Below are positions 11,985 through 27,421 of a stretch of 64,000 nt of DNA, piece by piece (position 1 is the stretch's first letter; every line of letters starts with the position of its first letter). The DNA lies in contig OX597841.1 in NCBI GenBank assembly GCA_951406725.2, positions 26,412,001-26,476,000 on the forward strand. The letters are read 5' to 3'. Source of the DNA: Octopus vulgaris. Taxonomy: Eukaryota. Under the pieces are notes generated by a model. It had not been told where the DNA came from and made no database searches. It saw nothing but the letters and a program-made list of their open reading frames with translations. Made by a program: the position numbers and the translations under genes.

Positions 11985-12149
11985 TCGCTCACAGTCACAC
12001 ATGTCCCTCCTCATTCACGCTGACACTCAACCACACTCAGTCCCTTCTCCCATCTCCCTAATGGCCCCTAGTGTGGTTAATGATGACAGCTGGGTTACTT
12101 AAGGGATGTTGGTGATGACAACATTTAGAGACAATTATTACGGTACAAA

Positions 12150-13123
12150 CATTACCACCACCACTACTACCACCACCACCACCACCACCACCACTACTAC
12201 CACCACCACCACCACTACTACCACCACCACCACCACCATCACTGCCATCACTAGCACCAGCGGCGCCACAACCACCATGACCACTACCATCATTACTACC
12301 ACCACCACTACCACCACCATCACAACCATCACCACCATCATCACCACCACCACAATCACCACAACCATCACCATCACCACAACCCCCATCGTCACCAACA
12401 GCATCACCACTGCGGTCATCACCGTCACCACCACCACCACCACCACCACCACCACCACCACCACCAGCATCATCGCCGCCACCATCACTGCCATTACTAG
12501 CACCAGCGCCGCCACAACCACCATGACATCCACCATCATTACTACCACCACCACCAACACCACAACCATCACCACAACCATCACCATCACCACTACCACA
12601 ACCCTCATCGTCACCAACAGTATCACCACTACCGTCATCACTACCACCACCACCACCACAACCATCACCACAACCATCACCATCACCAGTACCACAACCC
12701 CCATCGTCACCAACAGCATCACCACTGCGGTCATCACCGTCACCACCACCACCACCACCAGCATCATCGCCGCCACCATCACCATCACCACTACCACAAC
12801 CCCCATCGTCACCAACAGCATCACCACTACCGTCATCACTACCACCACCACCACCACCACCACAACCATCACCACAACCATCACCATCACCACTACCACA
12901 ACCCCCATCGTCACCAACAGCATCACCACTACCGTCATCACTACCACCACCACCACCACCACCATAGTCACCACCATCGTCACGAAGACCACAACTACCA
13001 TCATCAGCAGCACAGTCACCACCGCCATCAACATTATCATCATCATCATCTCCACCGTCAGCACCACCCCTAGTACTATAACCACTACCACCACCACCAC
13101 CACCATCGTCGACACCATCACCA
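12150..13123. repeat. (ACC)n-derived degenerate trinucleotide array with higher-order units
   Basis: Recurrent block acaacccccatcgtcaccaacagcatcaccact. Confidence 0.9.
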
Positions 13124-13489
13124 TGGTGTGTGTGTGTGTGTGTGTACTGCTATGTATGTGTGAATGTTTAGGCATCGTTAATCGCGTACGTGTTCATTTT
13201 ATTGTTGCCATCTGCGTGTGTGTTTGTATGTGTGTGTGTGTGATTGTGTATGTGTGATTGTGCGTGTGTTTGTATGTGTGTGATTGTGTGTTTGTATGTG
13301 TGTCTGTGTGTGATTGTGTGTGTGATTGTGTGTGCATTTGTATGTTCGTGTGTGTTTGTATGTGTGTGTGATTGTGCGTGTGTTTGTATGTGTGTGATTC
13401 TGCGTGTGTTTGTATGTGTGTCTGTGTGTGATTGTGTGTGCGTTTGTATGTGTGTATGTTCGTGTGTGTTTGTATGTGTGTGTGTGATT

Positions 13490-14100
13490 GTGTGTGTGTA
13501 TGTTTGTGTGTGTTTGTATGTGTGTGTCTGATTGTGTGTGTGTGTATGTTTGTGTGTGTTTGTATGTGTGTGTGATTGTGAGTGTGTGTTGGTATGTGTG
13601 TGTGTATGTTTGTGTGTGTTTGTATGTGTGTCTGATTGTGTGTGTGTGTATGTTTGTGTGTGTTTGTATGTGTGTGTGATTGTGAGTGTGTGTTGGTATG
13701 TGTGTGTGTATGTTTGTGTGTGTTTGTATGTGTGTCTGATTGTGTGTGTGTGTATGTTTGTGTGTGTTTGTATGTGTGTGTGATTGTGAGTGTGTGTTGG
13801 TATGTGTGTGTGTATGTTTGTGTGTGTTTGTATGTGTGTCTGATTGTGTGTGTGTGTATGTTTGTGTGTGTTTGTATGTGTGTGTGATTGTGAGTGTGTG
13901 TTGGTATGTGTGTGTGTATGTTTGTGTGTGTTTGTATGTGTGTCTGATTGTGTGTGTGTGTATGTTTGTGTGTGTTTGTATGTGTGTGTGATTGTGAGTG
14001 TGTGTTGGTATGTGTGTGTGTATGTTTGTGTGTGTTTGTATGTGTGTCTGATTGTGTGTGTGTGTATGTTTGTGTGTGTTTGTATGTGTGTGTGATTGTG
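13490..14100. repeat. 104-bp TG-derived minisatellite (~6 copies)
   Basis: Identical ORF starts recur every 104 bp (13532, 13636, 13740, 13844, 13948, 14052). Confidence 0.9.
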
Positions 14101-14554
14101 TGTGTGTTTGTATGTGTGTGTGTATGTTTGTGTGTGTATGTTTGTGTGTGTATGTTCGTGTGTGTGATTGTGTGTGTGTGTATGTTTGTGTGTGTTTGTA
14201 TGTGTGTGTGAGTGTGAGTGTGTGTTGGTATGTGTGTGTGTGTATGTTTGTGTGTGTATGTTTGTGCGCGCACGTGCGCGCGCGTACATATTTTCGTTTA
14301 TGTCCATATCATTATATGTATATATGTTGTGCTGTCGTAGGCTATCACATTATATTTATCACCCAAAGTTATTCCAGCCATGCCCACCCTGCCTTTCTGT
14401 AGGTCGTACACCTTATGGAATCATATAGTTTCTCTGCTTGTAATTGTTTCGGGTCATTGCCAAGAAAGAATCTTTCAACACTATGCCTTTTCTTAAAATT
14501 CCTGGTACTCATTCTGACAGTGTCTTTTGCCGAACCGCTAATATATATATATAT

Positions 14555-15522
14555 ATTTCTTTATTGCCCCCAAGGAGCTAAACATAGAGGAGACAAACAA
14601 GGACAGACAAAGGGATTAAGTCGATTACATAGAGTCCAGTGCGTAACTGGTACTTAATTTATCGACCACGAAAGGATGAAAGGCAAAGTCGACCTCGGTG
14701 GAATTTGAACTCAGAACTTTGTGGCAGACGAAATACCTATTTCTTTACTGCCCACAAGGGGCTAAACACAAAGGGGACAAACAAGGACAGACAACGGGAT
14801 TAAGTCGATTACATCGACCCCAGTGCGTAACTGGTACTTAACTTATCGACCACGAAAGGATGAAAGGCAAAGTCGACCTCGGTGGAATTTGAACTCAGAA
14901 CTTTGTGGCAGACGAAATACCTATTTCTTTACTGCCCACAAGGGGCTAAACACAAAGGGGACAAACAAGGACAGACAATGGGATTAAGTCGATTACATCG
15001 ACCCCAGTGCGTAACTGGTACTTAACTTATCGACCACGAAAGGATGAAAGGCAAAGTCGACCTCGGTGGAATTTGAACTCAGAACTTTGTGGCAGACGAA
15101 ATACCTATTTCTTTACTGCCCACAAGGGGCTAAACACAGAGGGGACAAACAAGGACAGACAAAGGGATTAAGTCGATTACATCGACCCCAGTGCGTAACT
15201 GGTACTTAACTTATCGACCACGAAAGGAATGAAAGGCAAAGTCGACCTCGGTGGAATTTGAACTCAGAACTTTGTGGCAGACGAAATACCTATTTCTTTA
15301 CTGCCCACAAGGGGCTAAACACAAAGGGGACAAACAAGGACAGACAATGGGATTAAGTCGATTACATCGACCCCAGTGCGTAACTGGTACTTAATTTATC
15401 GACCACGAAAGGATGAAAGGCAAAGTCGACCTCGGCGGAATTTGAACTCAGAACGTAACGGCAGACGAAATACGGCTACGCATTTCGCCCGGCGTGCTAA
15501 CGTTTCTGCCAGCTCACCGCCT
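14555..15522 (-). mobile_element. SINE family B pentamer (one head plus five ~184-bp units)
   Basis: Unit boundaries at about 14740, 14924, 15108 and 15293; single head at 15480-15522. Confidence 0.92.
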
Positions 15523-15869
15523 AATATATATAATCGCAGGTGTAGCTGTGTGGCAAGAAGATTGCATTCCAACCACATGGGTTCCGGGTTCAGTCCCACT
15601 GCGTGACACTTTGGTGCAGGTGTCTTCTACTGCAGACTCGAGCTGACCAAAGCCCGTTAGGCATTTCACCCGGCGTGCTAACAATTCAGCCAAAAGAATT
15701 TGGTGTCAACAAGAAAGAGTACGGTTAGATATTTACTTTCGGTCACTACGATTGTTTCCACGAAACGTAGTTCTCTAGGCGTGCAGGTACGTGATTAGGC
15801 AACCGATTCCCTGCATTACGAGATCTAGTTGTGTTTCGTCAGGCGATATGTCGATATTGTCTCTGTAAT

Positions 15870-16165
15870 AAGGCGGCGAGATTGCAGAAACGTTAGCACG
15901 CCGGGCGAAATGCTTAGCGGTATTTTGTCTGTCTTCACGTTCTGAGTTCAAATTTCGCCGAGGTCGACTTTGCCTCTCATCCTTTCGGGGTCGATTAAAT
16001 AAGTACCAGTTACGCACAGGGGTCGATATAATCGACTTAATCCGTTTGTCTGTCCTTGTTTGTCCTCTCTGTGTTTAGCCCCTTGTGGGTAGTAAAGAAA
16101 TAGGTATTTCGTCTGTCTTTACGTTCAAATTCCGCCGAGGTCGACTTTGCCTTTCATCCTTTCAT
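15870..16165 (+). mobile_element. SINE family B, full copy plus partial second unit
   Basis: Head AAGGCGGCGAG, body, then the junction gaaatag|gtatttc at about 16103. Confidence 0.88.
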
Positions 16166-16558
16166 CTTTCTCTAACCACTAGGTCATGTGCCTTCGCACA
16201 CACACACGCACGCACGCACACACACACACACATCCATCCATTCATCCATTCATCCATCCATCCATCCATCCACCCACATATATACACACACACACACACA
16301 TATATATACATATATACACATGCTTATATACATACGCGCACACATGCACACATACATACATATATACATACACACATAGGCACACGGTCACATATATCTA
16401 CATATATAAATACACGCATAGATATACATACATGCGCATATATATAGATACACAAAAATATATACACAACCATACATACACATGCATATATATATATATA
16501 CATACATATATACACATACATTCAAACTTGCATACATATACACATATACACATACAGG

Positions 16559-16597
<39 letters not shown>

Positions 16598-17047
16598 CAC
16601 GCACGTATATATATACATACACTTGCGCATATGTACACATACACGCATACATGTAAACGCACATACATATATACACAAACACAGACATACATCCGTAGTG
16701 CTTATATACATACATGCCAACATAGACACATTTAAATATACACACATATATAATGCGTACACACACACACACACACACACACACGCATACATATACACAC
16801 TGCTCTCTGTGTCTCTGCCAACAAATCTTAATAAACCAACTTAACCTTTACGTAACGGGAGAGATTATTGTTGTTGTTCAGCCACAGGTCAACGGTGATC
16901 CCTTAGACCTATAATCAAAAGCGTTCCAACTGTGATCGTCACGTCTTTTCAGGCTATAGTGTAGCTGTTGTTTCTAGCAGGTGTTGCGACCACTCAGGCG
17001 TTCTCAGTTTGTGTGCGTGTGTGTGTGTACATTATACGTCTGTGAGC

Positions 17048-17079
<32 letters not shown>

Positions 17080-17098
17080 ACTTTATACGTCTGTGAGC

Positions 17099-17134
<36 letters not shown>

Positions 17135-17153
17135 ACTTTATACGTCTGTGAGC

Positions 17154-17185
<32 letters not shown>

Positions 17186-17216
17186 TTGTACTTTATACGT
17201 CTGTGAGCGTGCGTGC

Positions 17217-17252
<36 letters not shown>

Positions 17253-17580
17253 TCCTCCTTGTGATAGTACTAACGCGTTTGTGTGTCTGTGTGCGTGTGA
17301 CTGTATACGTGTGTTAAGGTGCGTGTATGTGTGTTAGTGTATGTATAGTACAATGAGTGTGTGTGTGTATATATGTGCGTACGTGTATGTAATGTTTCTA
17401 TGTATGTGCGAATTTGAATATGTGTATGTGTGAGTGCATGGCCCTGGGTTATGTGTGTGTGTGTGTGAGAGAGAGAGATAGAGAGAGAATGCGTTTATTC
17501 CACCCTTTCAAAATATGTGCGTGTGTGTATGTTTGTGTGTGTGTGTATGTGTAACCGTCCTGTGTATGTAAGTCGGCCAA

Positions 17581-17611
<31 letters not shown>

Positions 17612-17749
17612 ACGTTTATGCGCGCGCATATGTATGCATGTGTGTATACGTATCTTTCTGTTTGTCTGTCTGTCTGCCTGCTTGCCTGTCTGTCTGTCTT
17701 CATATCTATCTTTCTGTCTGTGGGACTGTCTGTCTTTCTGTCTGTCAAT

Positions 17750-18315
<566 letters not shown>

Positions 18316-19024
18316 GCCTGTATATTTACGCGCGCAAGTGTGTGCATGAATGAGTTAGAATACATTTTGCGTCTGCCTCTATCTGTGTTTGTGTTTATAT
18401 CTGTGTGTCTGTGTGTATAAGCGTATTTACATCTCAGCCTATTGTCGTAAGAGTGTATGTGTATATACACAAATACACTCTGTGTATGTGTGTGTATATA
18501 TATATATATAACTGTGTGTACATATAAAAGCGTGTACCCATGTGTACGTATTTGTATTAATGCATCATTATGTTTACGTATGTATATATGCATCTACGTG
18601 TGTGTAAGCGTATGTATGTGTGTGTGTATATATATATATATTGCCTACGAAGTCTAAGCGTTGGTTATCCAGATGCTATAGTAGAAGACACTTGGACAAG
18701 GTGCCACGCAGTGGGACTGAACCCAGAACCATGTGGTTGGGAAGTAAGTTTCTTACCACTCACCCACTCCTGCACCTATACACACACACACACACACACC
18801 CACACACATATAAATATATATGTGTGTGTGTGTGTGTTTGTGTGTGCATATGTGAATTGGTGCGTGTGTATCTTTATGTATTAATCTGTTTGTATGTATG
18901 TGTGTGTATATGTATGTGTGTTTATAGATGTATATGTGTGTATATATATATATTATAGTCGTTTTGTTTACATATATACCAATCTCTCTCTCTCCCTCTC
19001 TTTATGTATGTATGTGTGTGTGTG

Positions 19025-19175
19025 TCTGTGTGTTCATGTGTCTGTGTGTTCATGTGTCTGTGTGTTCATGTGTCTGTGTGTTCATGTGTCTGTGTGTTCA
19101 TGAGTCTGTGTGTTCATGTGTCTGTGTGTTCATGTGTCTGTGTGTTCATGAGTCTGTGTGTTCATGTGTCTGTGT
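19025..19175. repeat. 16-bp minisatellite (TGTCTGTGTGTTCATG)n
   Basis: About 9 tandem copies. Confidence 0.9.
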
Positions 19176-20049
19176 GTTTGTTTACCCATCGTAGTAGGTT
19201 TGGTTACCTATATGTGTGCGTACTTGTATGATGGAATGTGCGTATGTACGTGTGTATGCATGAATATACGTATGTGTGTATGTGTGTGTAATTATGTGCG
19301 TTTGTATGTATGTAGGTATATGTGTATATGTATATGTGTATGTATGTGTTTGTACGTACGTGTATGCAGGTGTGCACGTATATGTGTGTGTGTTTGTGTA
19401 TGCATGTATGTGGATATGTGTGTGTATGTATATTTTTGTATGTATGTGTTTATGTATGTGTATGTATTCTTGTATGTGTATATGCATGCATACGTGTGCA
19501 TCTGTGTATGTATGCGCATGTGTGTATGTATAAATGTGTATATGTATGTAGGTGCGTATGTATCTGTATGTTTGCATGTATAAATGTATATATGTATGTG
19601 TATGTATGTATATGTATGTATGTATGTGTATGTATGTATGTATGTATGTATGTCTATGTATGTATGTATGTGTATAAATGTATATATGTATGTGTATGTG
19701 TGTATGTATGTATGTCTATGTATGTATGTATGTATGTGTATGTATGTATATGTATGCATGTATGTATGTATGTGTATGTATGTATGTATGTATGTTTGTA
19801 TGTATGTATGTATGTATGTATGTATGTATGTATGTATGTGTATGTATGTTGTGTATATATTTGTTTCTATGTAGGCATGTGTATGCATGCGTGTATGTAT
19901 GTATATAGATATATCCGTACGTATCTTTCTGGATGGATGTACATGTATATCTATGCGTGTATGCATATATATGTATGCATGCGCGTATGTATGCATTTTC
20001 TCTGTATCTCAGTATGTATGTGTGTATGCATACATGTATGTATTTCATG

Positions 20050-20080
<31 letters not shown>

Positions 20081-20111
20081 GTGAATTCATACATATGTAT
20101 CTATCTATATA

Positions 20112-20690
20112 TGTATATATTTAAGTATGTGTACTGACATATGTATATATGTATGTATGCATTTTGTGTGTATGTATATATTTAAGTATGTGTACTGACA
20201 TATGTATATATGTATGTATGCATTTTGTGTGTATGTATATATTTAAGTATGTGTACTGTCGTATGTATATATGTATGTATGTATGCATTTTGTGTGTATG
20301 TATATATTTAAGTATGTGTACTGACATATGTATATATGTATGTATGCATTTTGTGTGTATGTATATATTTAAGCATGTGTACTGACATATGTATATATGT
20401 ATGTCCGTATGCATTTTGTGTGTATGTATATATTTAAGCATGTGTACTGATATATGTATATATGTATGTCCGTATGCATTTTGTGTGTATGTATATATTT
20501 AAGCATGTGTATTGATATATGTATATATGTATGTCCGTATGCATTTTGTGTGTATGTATATATTTAAGTATGTGTACTGTCGTATGTATATATGTATGTC
20601 CGTATGCATTTTGTGTGTATGTATATATTTAAGTATGTGTATTGTCGTATGTATATATGTATGTATGTATGCATTTTGTGTGTATGTATA
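20112..20690. repeat. ~60-bp minisatellite
   Basis: Unit tatatttaagtatgtgtactgacatatg...gcattttgtgtgtatg, about 9-10 copies. Confidence 0.9.
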
Positions 20691-20812
20691 GACGTAAATA
20701 TATGCGTGTGCATGCGTCTTTGTACGTAAGCGTGTGCGTGCATGTATACATAAACGTATGTATGTGAATATGTGTGTGCATGCATGTATGTGTGTGTATG
20801 TATGTATGTATG

Positions 20813-20844
<32 letters not shown>

Positions 20845-20860
20845 TGTATGTATGTATGTA

Positions 20861-20895
<35 letters not shown>

Positions 20896-21334
20896 ATGTA
20901 TATATATGTATGTATGTATGTGTATGTATGTATGTATGTATGTATGTATGTATGTGTATGTATGTATGTGTGTATGCATAAGTATGTATGTGTGTATGCA
21001 TGCATCTTTATACGTACACATGTGTGTATACGTGTATGTGTGCATTTATCGGTGTATGCTTGCGTGTGTGTGTGTATATGTGTGTACACATAGTTATATC
21101 TACGTGTATGAAATACGCAGGTATATATGCATGAGCGTATGCATCTATATACGTGTGTGTATGTATGTACGTATATATAAATGTGTGTGTGTGCGCGCGG
21201 CTGTAATGTGTGTGTATATGTATGCTATAATCGTTTTGTTTACTTCTGTATCAATGAACGTATGTATCTGTGTATATATGTGTGTGTGTGTGTATGTATA
21301 TACGTGTATATAACTATATATTCTCTTTTTTTCT

Positions 21335-21695
21335 CTTTTATTCTCTTTTACTTGTTTCAGTCATTTGACTGCGGCCATGCTGGAGCACCACCTTTTAGTA
21401 CTTATTCTATCGGTCTCTTTTTGCCGAACCGCTAGGTGACGGGGACGTAAACACACCAGCATAGGTTGTCAAGCAATGCTAGGGGGACAAACACAGACAC
21501 ACAAACACACACACATATACATATATATACATATATACGACAGGCTTCTTTCAGTTTCCGTCTACCAAATCCACTCACAAGGCATTGGTCGGCCCGGGGC
21601 TATAGTAGAAGACACTTGCCCAATGTGCTATGCAGTGGGACTGAACCCGCAACCGTGTGGTTGGTTAGCAAGCTACTTACCACACAGCCACTCCA
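21335..21695 (-). mobile_element. SINE family A
   Basis: Head, body and tail, with a small internal deletion. Confidence 0.88.
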
Positions 21696-22276
21696 TAATG
21701 TCGTGTATATATGTATTCATGAATCAATGTGGGTGTGTGTATATGTGTTTGTGTGTTTGTGTATGTATATGCATATGTGAACATGCTTATATATGCATGT
21801 GTGGGTGCGTATGTATATACGTGTATATAACTATATGTATATATAATGTCGTGTATATATGTATTCATGAATCAATGTGTGTGTTTATATATATATATGT
21901 GTGTGTGTGTGTATACGTGTATACGTGTATATATATATATATATATATCTATATATATAATGTCGTGTATATATGTATTCATGAATCAATGTGTGTGTGT
22001 TTGTGTATGTATATGCATATATGAACATGCTTATATACGCATGTGTGTGTTTGTATGTATATACGCGCATATAACTATATATATATATATATATAATGTC
22101 GTGTATATATGTATTCATGAACCAATGTGTGTGTATATGTGTGTGTGTTTGTGTATGTATATGCATATATGAACATGCTTATATATGCATGTGTGTGTAT
22201 GTATATACTTGAATATACGTGTATATAACTATATATATAATGTCGTGTATATATGTATTCATGAACCAATGTGTGT

Positions 22277-22318
<42 letters not shown>

Positions 22319-22680
22319 GTTTGTGTATGTATATGCACATATGAACATGCTTATCTTTGCATGTGTGGGTGTGTATGTATATACGTGTATATAACTATAT
22401 ATATATATATAATGTGTATATATGTATTCATGAACCAATGTGTGTGTATGTATGTATTTTTGCATACATGTGTGTGTGTGTTTGTGTATGTATATGCATA
22501 TATGAACATGCTTATATATGCATGTGTGTGTGTGTATGTATATATGTGTATATAACTATATATATATATATATATATATATAATGTCGTGTATAAAAGTA
22601 TTCATGAATCAATGTGTGTGTGTATATATGTGTGTGTGTGTTTGTGTATGTATATGCATATATGAACATGCTTATATACG
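21696..22680. repeat. ~130-150-bp microsatellite-containing tandem repeat
   Basis: Recurrent ataatgtcgtgtatatatgtattcatgaa...gaacatgctta blocks. Confidence 0.85.
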
Positions 22681-23676
22681 CACGTATGGGTGTGTATGTA
22701 CGTATATGTGCATTTGCATATGTGCACATGAACGTATGTGAGTGTGTAAACATGTATACACGTGTTTTTTGCGTGTGGGTGTGTGTGTGTTTGTGTGTAT
22801 GTTTGCCTGTGTGTGCTCGGGTGTGTGTGTGTGTGTGTGTGTGTGTGCCCGTGTATTTGCGTATCCCTTTACCTGTGTAAACTCGTGTATGTGTTTATGC
22901 GAGAATGCGTGTATATGCTCGCGTGTATATGTATGTGGTGTGTGTACGTGCGTGCATGTGTGCGTGTATGCTTGTGTGGGTATGTGTGTATTTGTGTGTA
23001 TGTTTACCTGTGTGTTTGTGCGCGTATTTATGCTAGAATATGTGCGTGTGTTCGTGTGTATTGTTTGTGTGTATGTGTGTGTGTGTGCTCGGGTGTGTAT
23101 GTGTGTCTGTATGTGTGTGTGCACGTGTATTTGCGTATACATTTACCTGTGTTTGCTCGTCTATGTGTTTATGCGAGAATGTCTGCGTGTGTGTTTGTGT
23201 GTATATGTGGTGTGTGTACGTGCGTGCGTGTGTGTGTTTGTGTGTATATGTGGTGTGTGTACGTGCGTGCGTGTGTGTGTGTGTATGTGGTGTGTGTACG
23301 TGTGTTCGTGTGTGTGTGTGTGTGTGGTGTGTGTACGTGCGTGCGTGTGTGTGTGTGCGTGTATGTGGAGTGTGTGCGTGCATGTGTGTGTGTATGTTGT
23401 GTGTGTACGTGCGTGTGTGTGTGTATATGTGGAGTGTGTGCGTGCGCGTGTGTGTGTATGTTGTGTGTGTACGTGCGTGCGTGTGTATATGTGGTGTGCG
23501 TGCGTGTGTGTGAGTATGTGGTGTGTGTACGTGCGTGCGTGTGTGTGTTTGTGTGTATATGTGGTGTGTGTACGTGTGTTCGTGTGCGTGTGTGTGTTTG
23601 TGTGTGTATAAATGTGTTTTTGTTTATATGCTTGCACGCGTGTTTGTGTATGTGTCAATGCGTGAATGTCTGCGTG

Positions 23677-23711
<35 letters not shown>

Positions 23712-24399
23712 GTATATATGTGTATGTATGGATTTGTGTATGCTCTTACACGTGTGTTTGTATATATGCTTATGCGAGTACGTCTGTTTGTATTTGTGTA
23801 TACGTATTCGGTATGTGTGTGTGTGTATTTGTATAGATGTTTGCATGTTTCAGTAGGTATCTATGCGTGACTGTATGGATGTGAGTGTGTGTATTTGTGT
23901 GTGTGTATTGTGTGTGTGTGTGTGTGTGTGTGTGTATTTGTGTGTGTGTGTGTGTGTGTGTGTGTATTTGTGTGTGTGTATTTGTGTGTTTGTGTATGTG
24001 TGTATTTGTGTGTGTGTGTGTGTATTTGTGTAGATGTTTGCGTGTAGGTTTGTGTATGTGTTTATGCGAGAATGTATGCGATAATGTGTGTGTGTGTGTG
24101 TGTGTGTGCATTTGTCTAGATGTTGGCACGTGTGTTTGTGTATGTGTGTGCATTTGTCTAGATGTTGGAATGTGTGTGTGTGTGTCTATGCGAGAATTAT
24201 GTATGTGTGTGTGAGTGTGTGTATGTGTGTTTGTGCGTGTGTATGTGTATATGTAGATTCCTTTATATGTTTGCATGTAGGCTTCTACATATGTGAATGC
24301 GTGCACGTCTGCATGTATTTGTGTATGTGTGTGTGCGTGTGTGTGTGTGTGTGTGTGCATATGTTTGCTTGTGTCTTTGTGTATGTATATTTGGCGTGT

Positions 24400-24445
<46 letters not shown>

Positions 24446-24992
24446 CCAGGCCTGTATTTGTGTGTGTGTGTGTGTGTATGTGGATTTGTGTATGCGCTTG
24501 CACGAGCGTTTGTGTATATGTGTTTATGCGAGAATGTTTGCTTGTAATTTGCTGTACGTGTGTGTATGTGTGAAGATACTTGCATATGTGTGTGTGTTTG
24601 TGTGTGTGTTTATGTGTGTCGTGTGTGTACGTGCGTGCGCGTGTGCTTGTGTGTGTGAGTGTGAACTTGTGTAGATGTTTGCATGTGTTAGAGTATGTGT
24701 TTATGCGCAAATGTGTGTGTGTGTGTGTGTGGTGTGTATACGTGCGTGTGTGTGTATTTGTGTGTATATTTCTGTATATGTTTACATGTGTATGTGTTTA
24801 TGCTTGTGTGTGTGTGTGTGTGTGTGTATGTGTGTGTGTGTGTGTGCTTGTGTGTGTATGTATGTGGTGTGTATACGTGCGTGTGTATTTGTGTGTATAT
24901 TTCTGTATATGTTTGCATGTGTATGCGTTCATGCGTGAATACCTGCGTGTTTTTGTGTACGTGTATCTGATGTGCTCGTGTGTGTGCGCATC

Positions 24993-25024
<32 letters not shown>

Positions 25025-25199
25025 CACGTATATGTGTGTATATATGTGTATTTCTGTAGATGTTTCCATGTGTGTTTGTGTTATGCGCTCATGCGTGAAT
25101 AACTGCGTGTATTAGTGTTGTGTATGTATCTGTGTGTGTTTATATGTGTATATGTTTGCATGTATGTTTGTGTGTGTGTATATGTGTGTATATATGTTT

Positions 25200-25582
25200 A
25201 TTTGTGGTTGTGTGGTAAGTAGCTTGTTTACCAACCACATGGTTCCGGGTTCAGTCCCACTGCGTGGCACCTTAGGCAATAGTCTTCAACTATAGCCTCG
25301 GGCCGACCAAAGCCTTGTGAGTGGATTTGGTAGATGGAAACTGAAAGAAGCCTGTCGTATATATGTATATATATATATGTGTGTGTGTGTGTGCCTGTGT
25401 TTGTTCTCCCAACATCGCTTGACAACCGATGCTGGTGTGTTTACGTCACCGTAACTTAGCGGTTCGGTAAAAGAGACCGACAGAATAAGTAGTAGGCTTA
25501 TAAAGAATAAGTCCTGGGGTCGATTTGCTCGACTAAAGGTGGTGCTCCAGCATGGCTGCAGTCAAATGACTGAAACAAGTAA

Positions 25583-25585
<3 letters not shown>
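25200..25585 (+). mobile_element. SINE family A, full length
   Basis: All family modules present. Confidence 0.9.
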
Positions 25586-25639
<54 letters not shown>

Positions 25640-25642
<3 letters not shown>

Positions 25643-25866
25643 TTACTATCCACAGGAGGCTAAACATAGAGGGGACAAACAAGGACAGACAAAGGGATTA
25701 AGTCGATTACATCGACCCCAGCGCGTAACTGGTACTGATTTAATCGACCCCGAAAGAATGAAAGGCAAAGTCGACCTCGGCGGAATTTGAGCTCAGGACG
25801 TAAGGGCAGACGAAATACCTCTAAGAATTTCGCCCGGCGTGCTGACGATTCTGCCAGCTCGCCGCT
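25640..25866 (-). mobile_element. SINE family B monomer
   Basis: Complete head to tail. Confidence 0.88.
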
Positions 25867-26085
25867 CTCTATATATTACATAGCACATATCCGCATACAG
25901 ACACAAACTATAGAAATGGTAGCTAGATCGCCCTCATTCCGTTGTAACCGTATTAAGAGGCAAAATACAGGGTTATGAAGTCTGAGATAGGCTAGGTCTG
26001 TCTGAGATTGTTACGTACTGTGTTACGCTGCCCTAAAGTGAGGGAAAGTTTTCCTAATGTTTCTTGCTTGGCTTGGCCTGAACCG

Positions 26086-26116
<31 letters not shown>

Positions 26117-26167
26117 ACACACACACACACATACATACATACATACAGACACACACACACATACACA

Positions 26168-26640
<473 letters not shown>

Positions 26641-26676
26641 TGTGTGTGTATGTGTGTGTGTGTATACACTTCAGAC

Positions 26677-27421
26677 CAGTGCTTTTCAAACTTTTTGCTG
26701 GAGCGGAACCCCAAGGAAACATTCCACTGGCTCGTGGAACCCCTGTGCAATAATTTAATATGCACACATATCTGCACAGGAGAATTAAATAATTTAATAT
26801 GCACACATATCTGCACAGGAGAATTAAAAATTACTGCCGATTTTAGCAGTTTTATAACTTCTTGCGGAACCCCTGGACTGTACTGGCGGAACCCTAAGGT
26901 TCCGCAGAACCCTGGTTGAAAACCACTGAGTTAGACACAGTCAGTTAAACCAGTGCTTTTCAAACTTTTTGCTGGTGCAGAATCCCAAGGAAATATTCCA
27001 CTGGCTCGAGGAACCCCTGTACAATAATTTAATAGTCTTATGCACACATATCTGCACAGGAGACTTTAAAATTACTGCCGATTTTAGCAGTTTTGTAACT
27101 TCTTGCGGAACCACTGGACTGTACTGGCGGAACCCTGAGGTTCCACGGAACCCTGGTTGAAAACCATTGAGTTAGACACAGTCAGTTAGACTCTAGTTAG
27201 ACCAGTGCTTTTCAATCTTTTTGCTAGAGCGGAACCCCAAGGAAACATTCCACTGGCTCGAGGAACCCCTGTGCAATAATTTAATAGTCTTATGCACACA
27301 TATCTGCACAGGAGAATTAAAAATTACTGCCGATTTTAGCAGTTTTGTAACTTCTTGCGGAACCCCTGGACTGTACTGGCGGAACCCTACGGTTCCGAGG
27401 AACCCTGGTTGAAAACCACTG
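26677..27421 (+). mobile_element. Trimer of ~220-250-bp hAT (Charlie-like) MITEs
   Basis: Each unit runs CAGTGCTTTTCAA...TTGAAAACCA(C/T)TG; starts at 26677, 26951, 27203. 8-bp TSD cttcagac at 26669-26676 and 27422-27429. Confidence 0.92.

Noticed and set aside
12106-13257. 383-aa Thr-rich, mucin-like ORF and its 345-aa Val-rich antisense ORF
   Set aside because: It is an (ACC)n-derived repeat that is open on both strands and runs into (TG)n; no clear splice or signal context.
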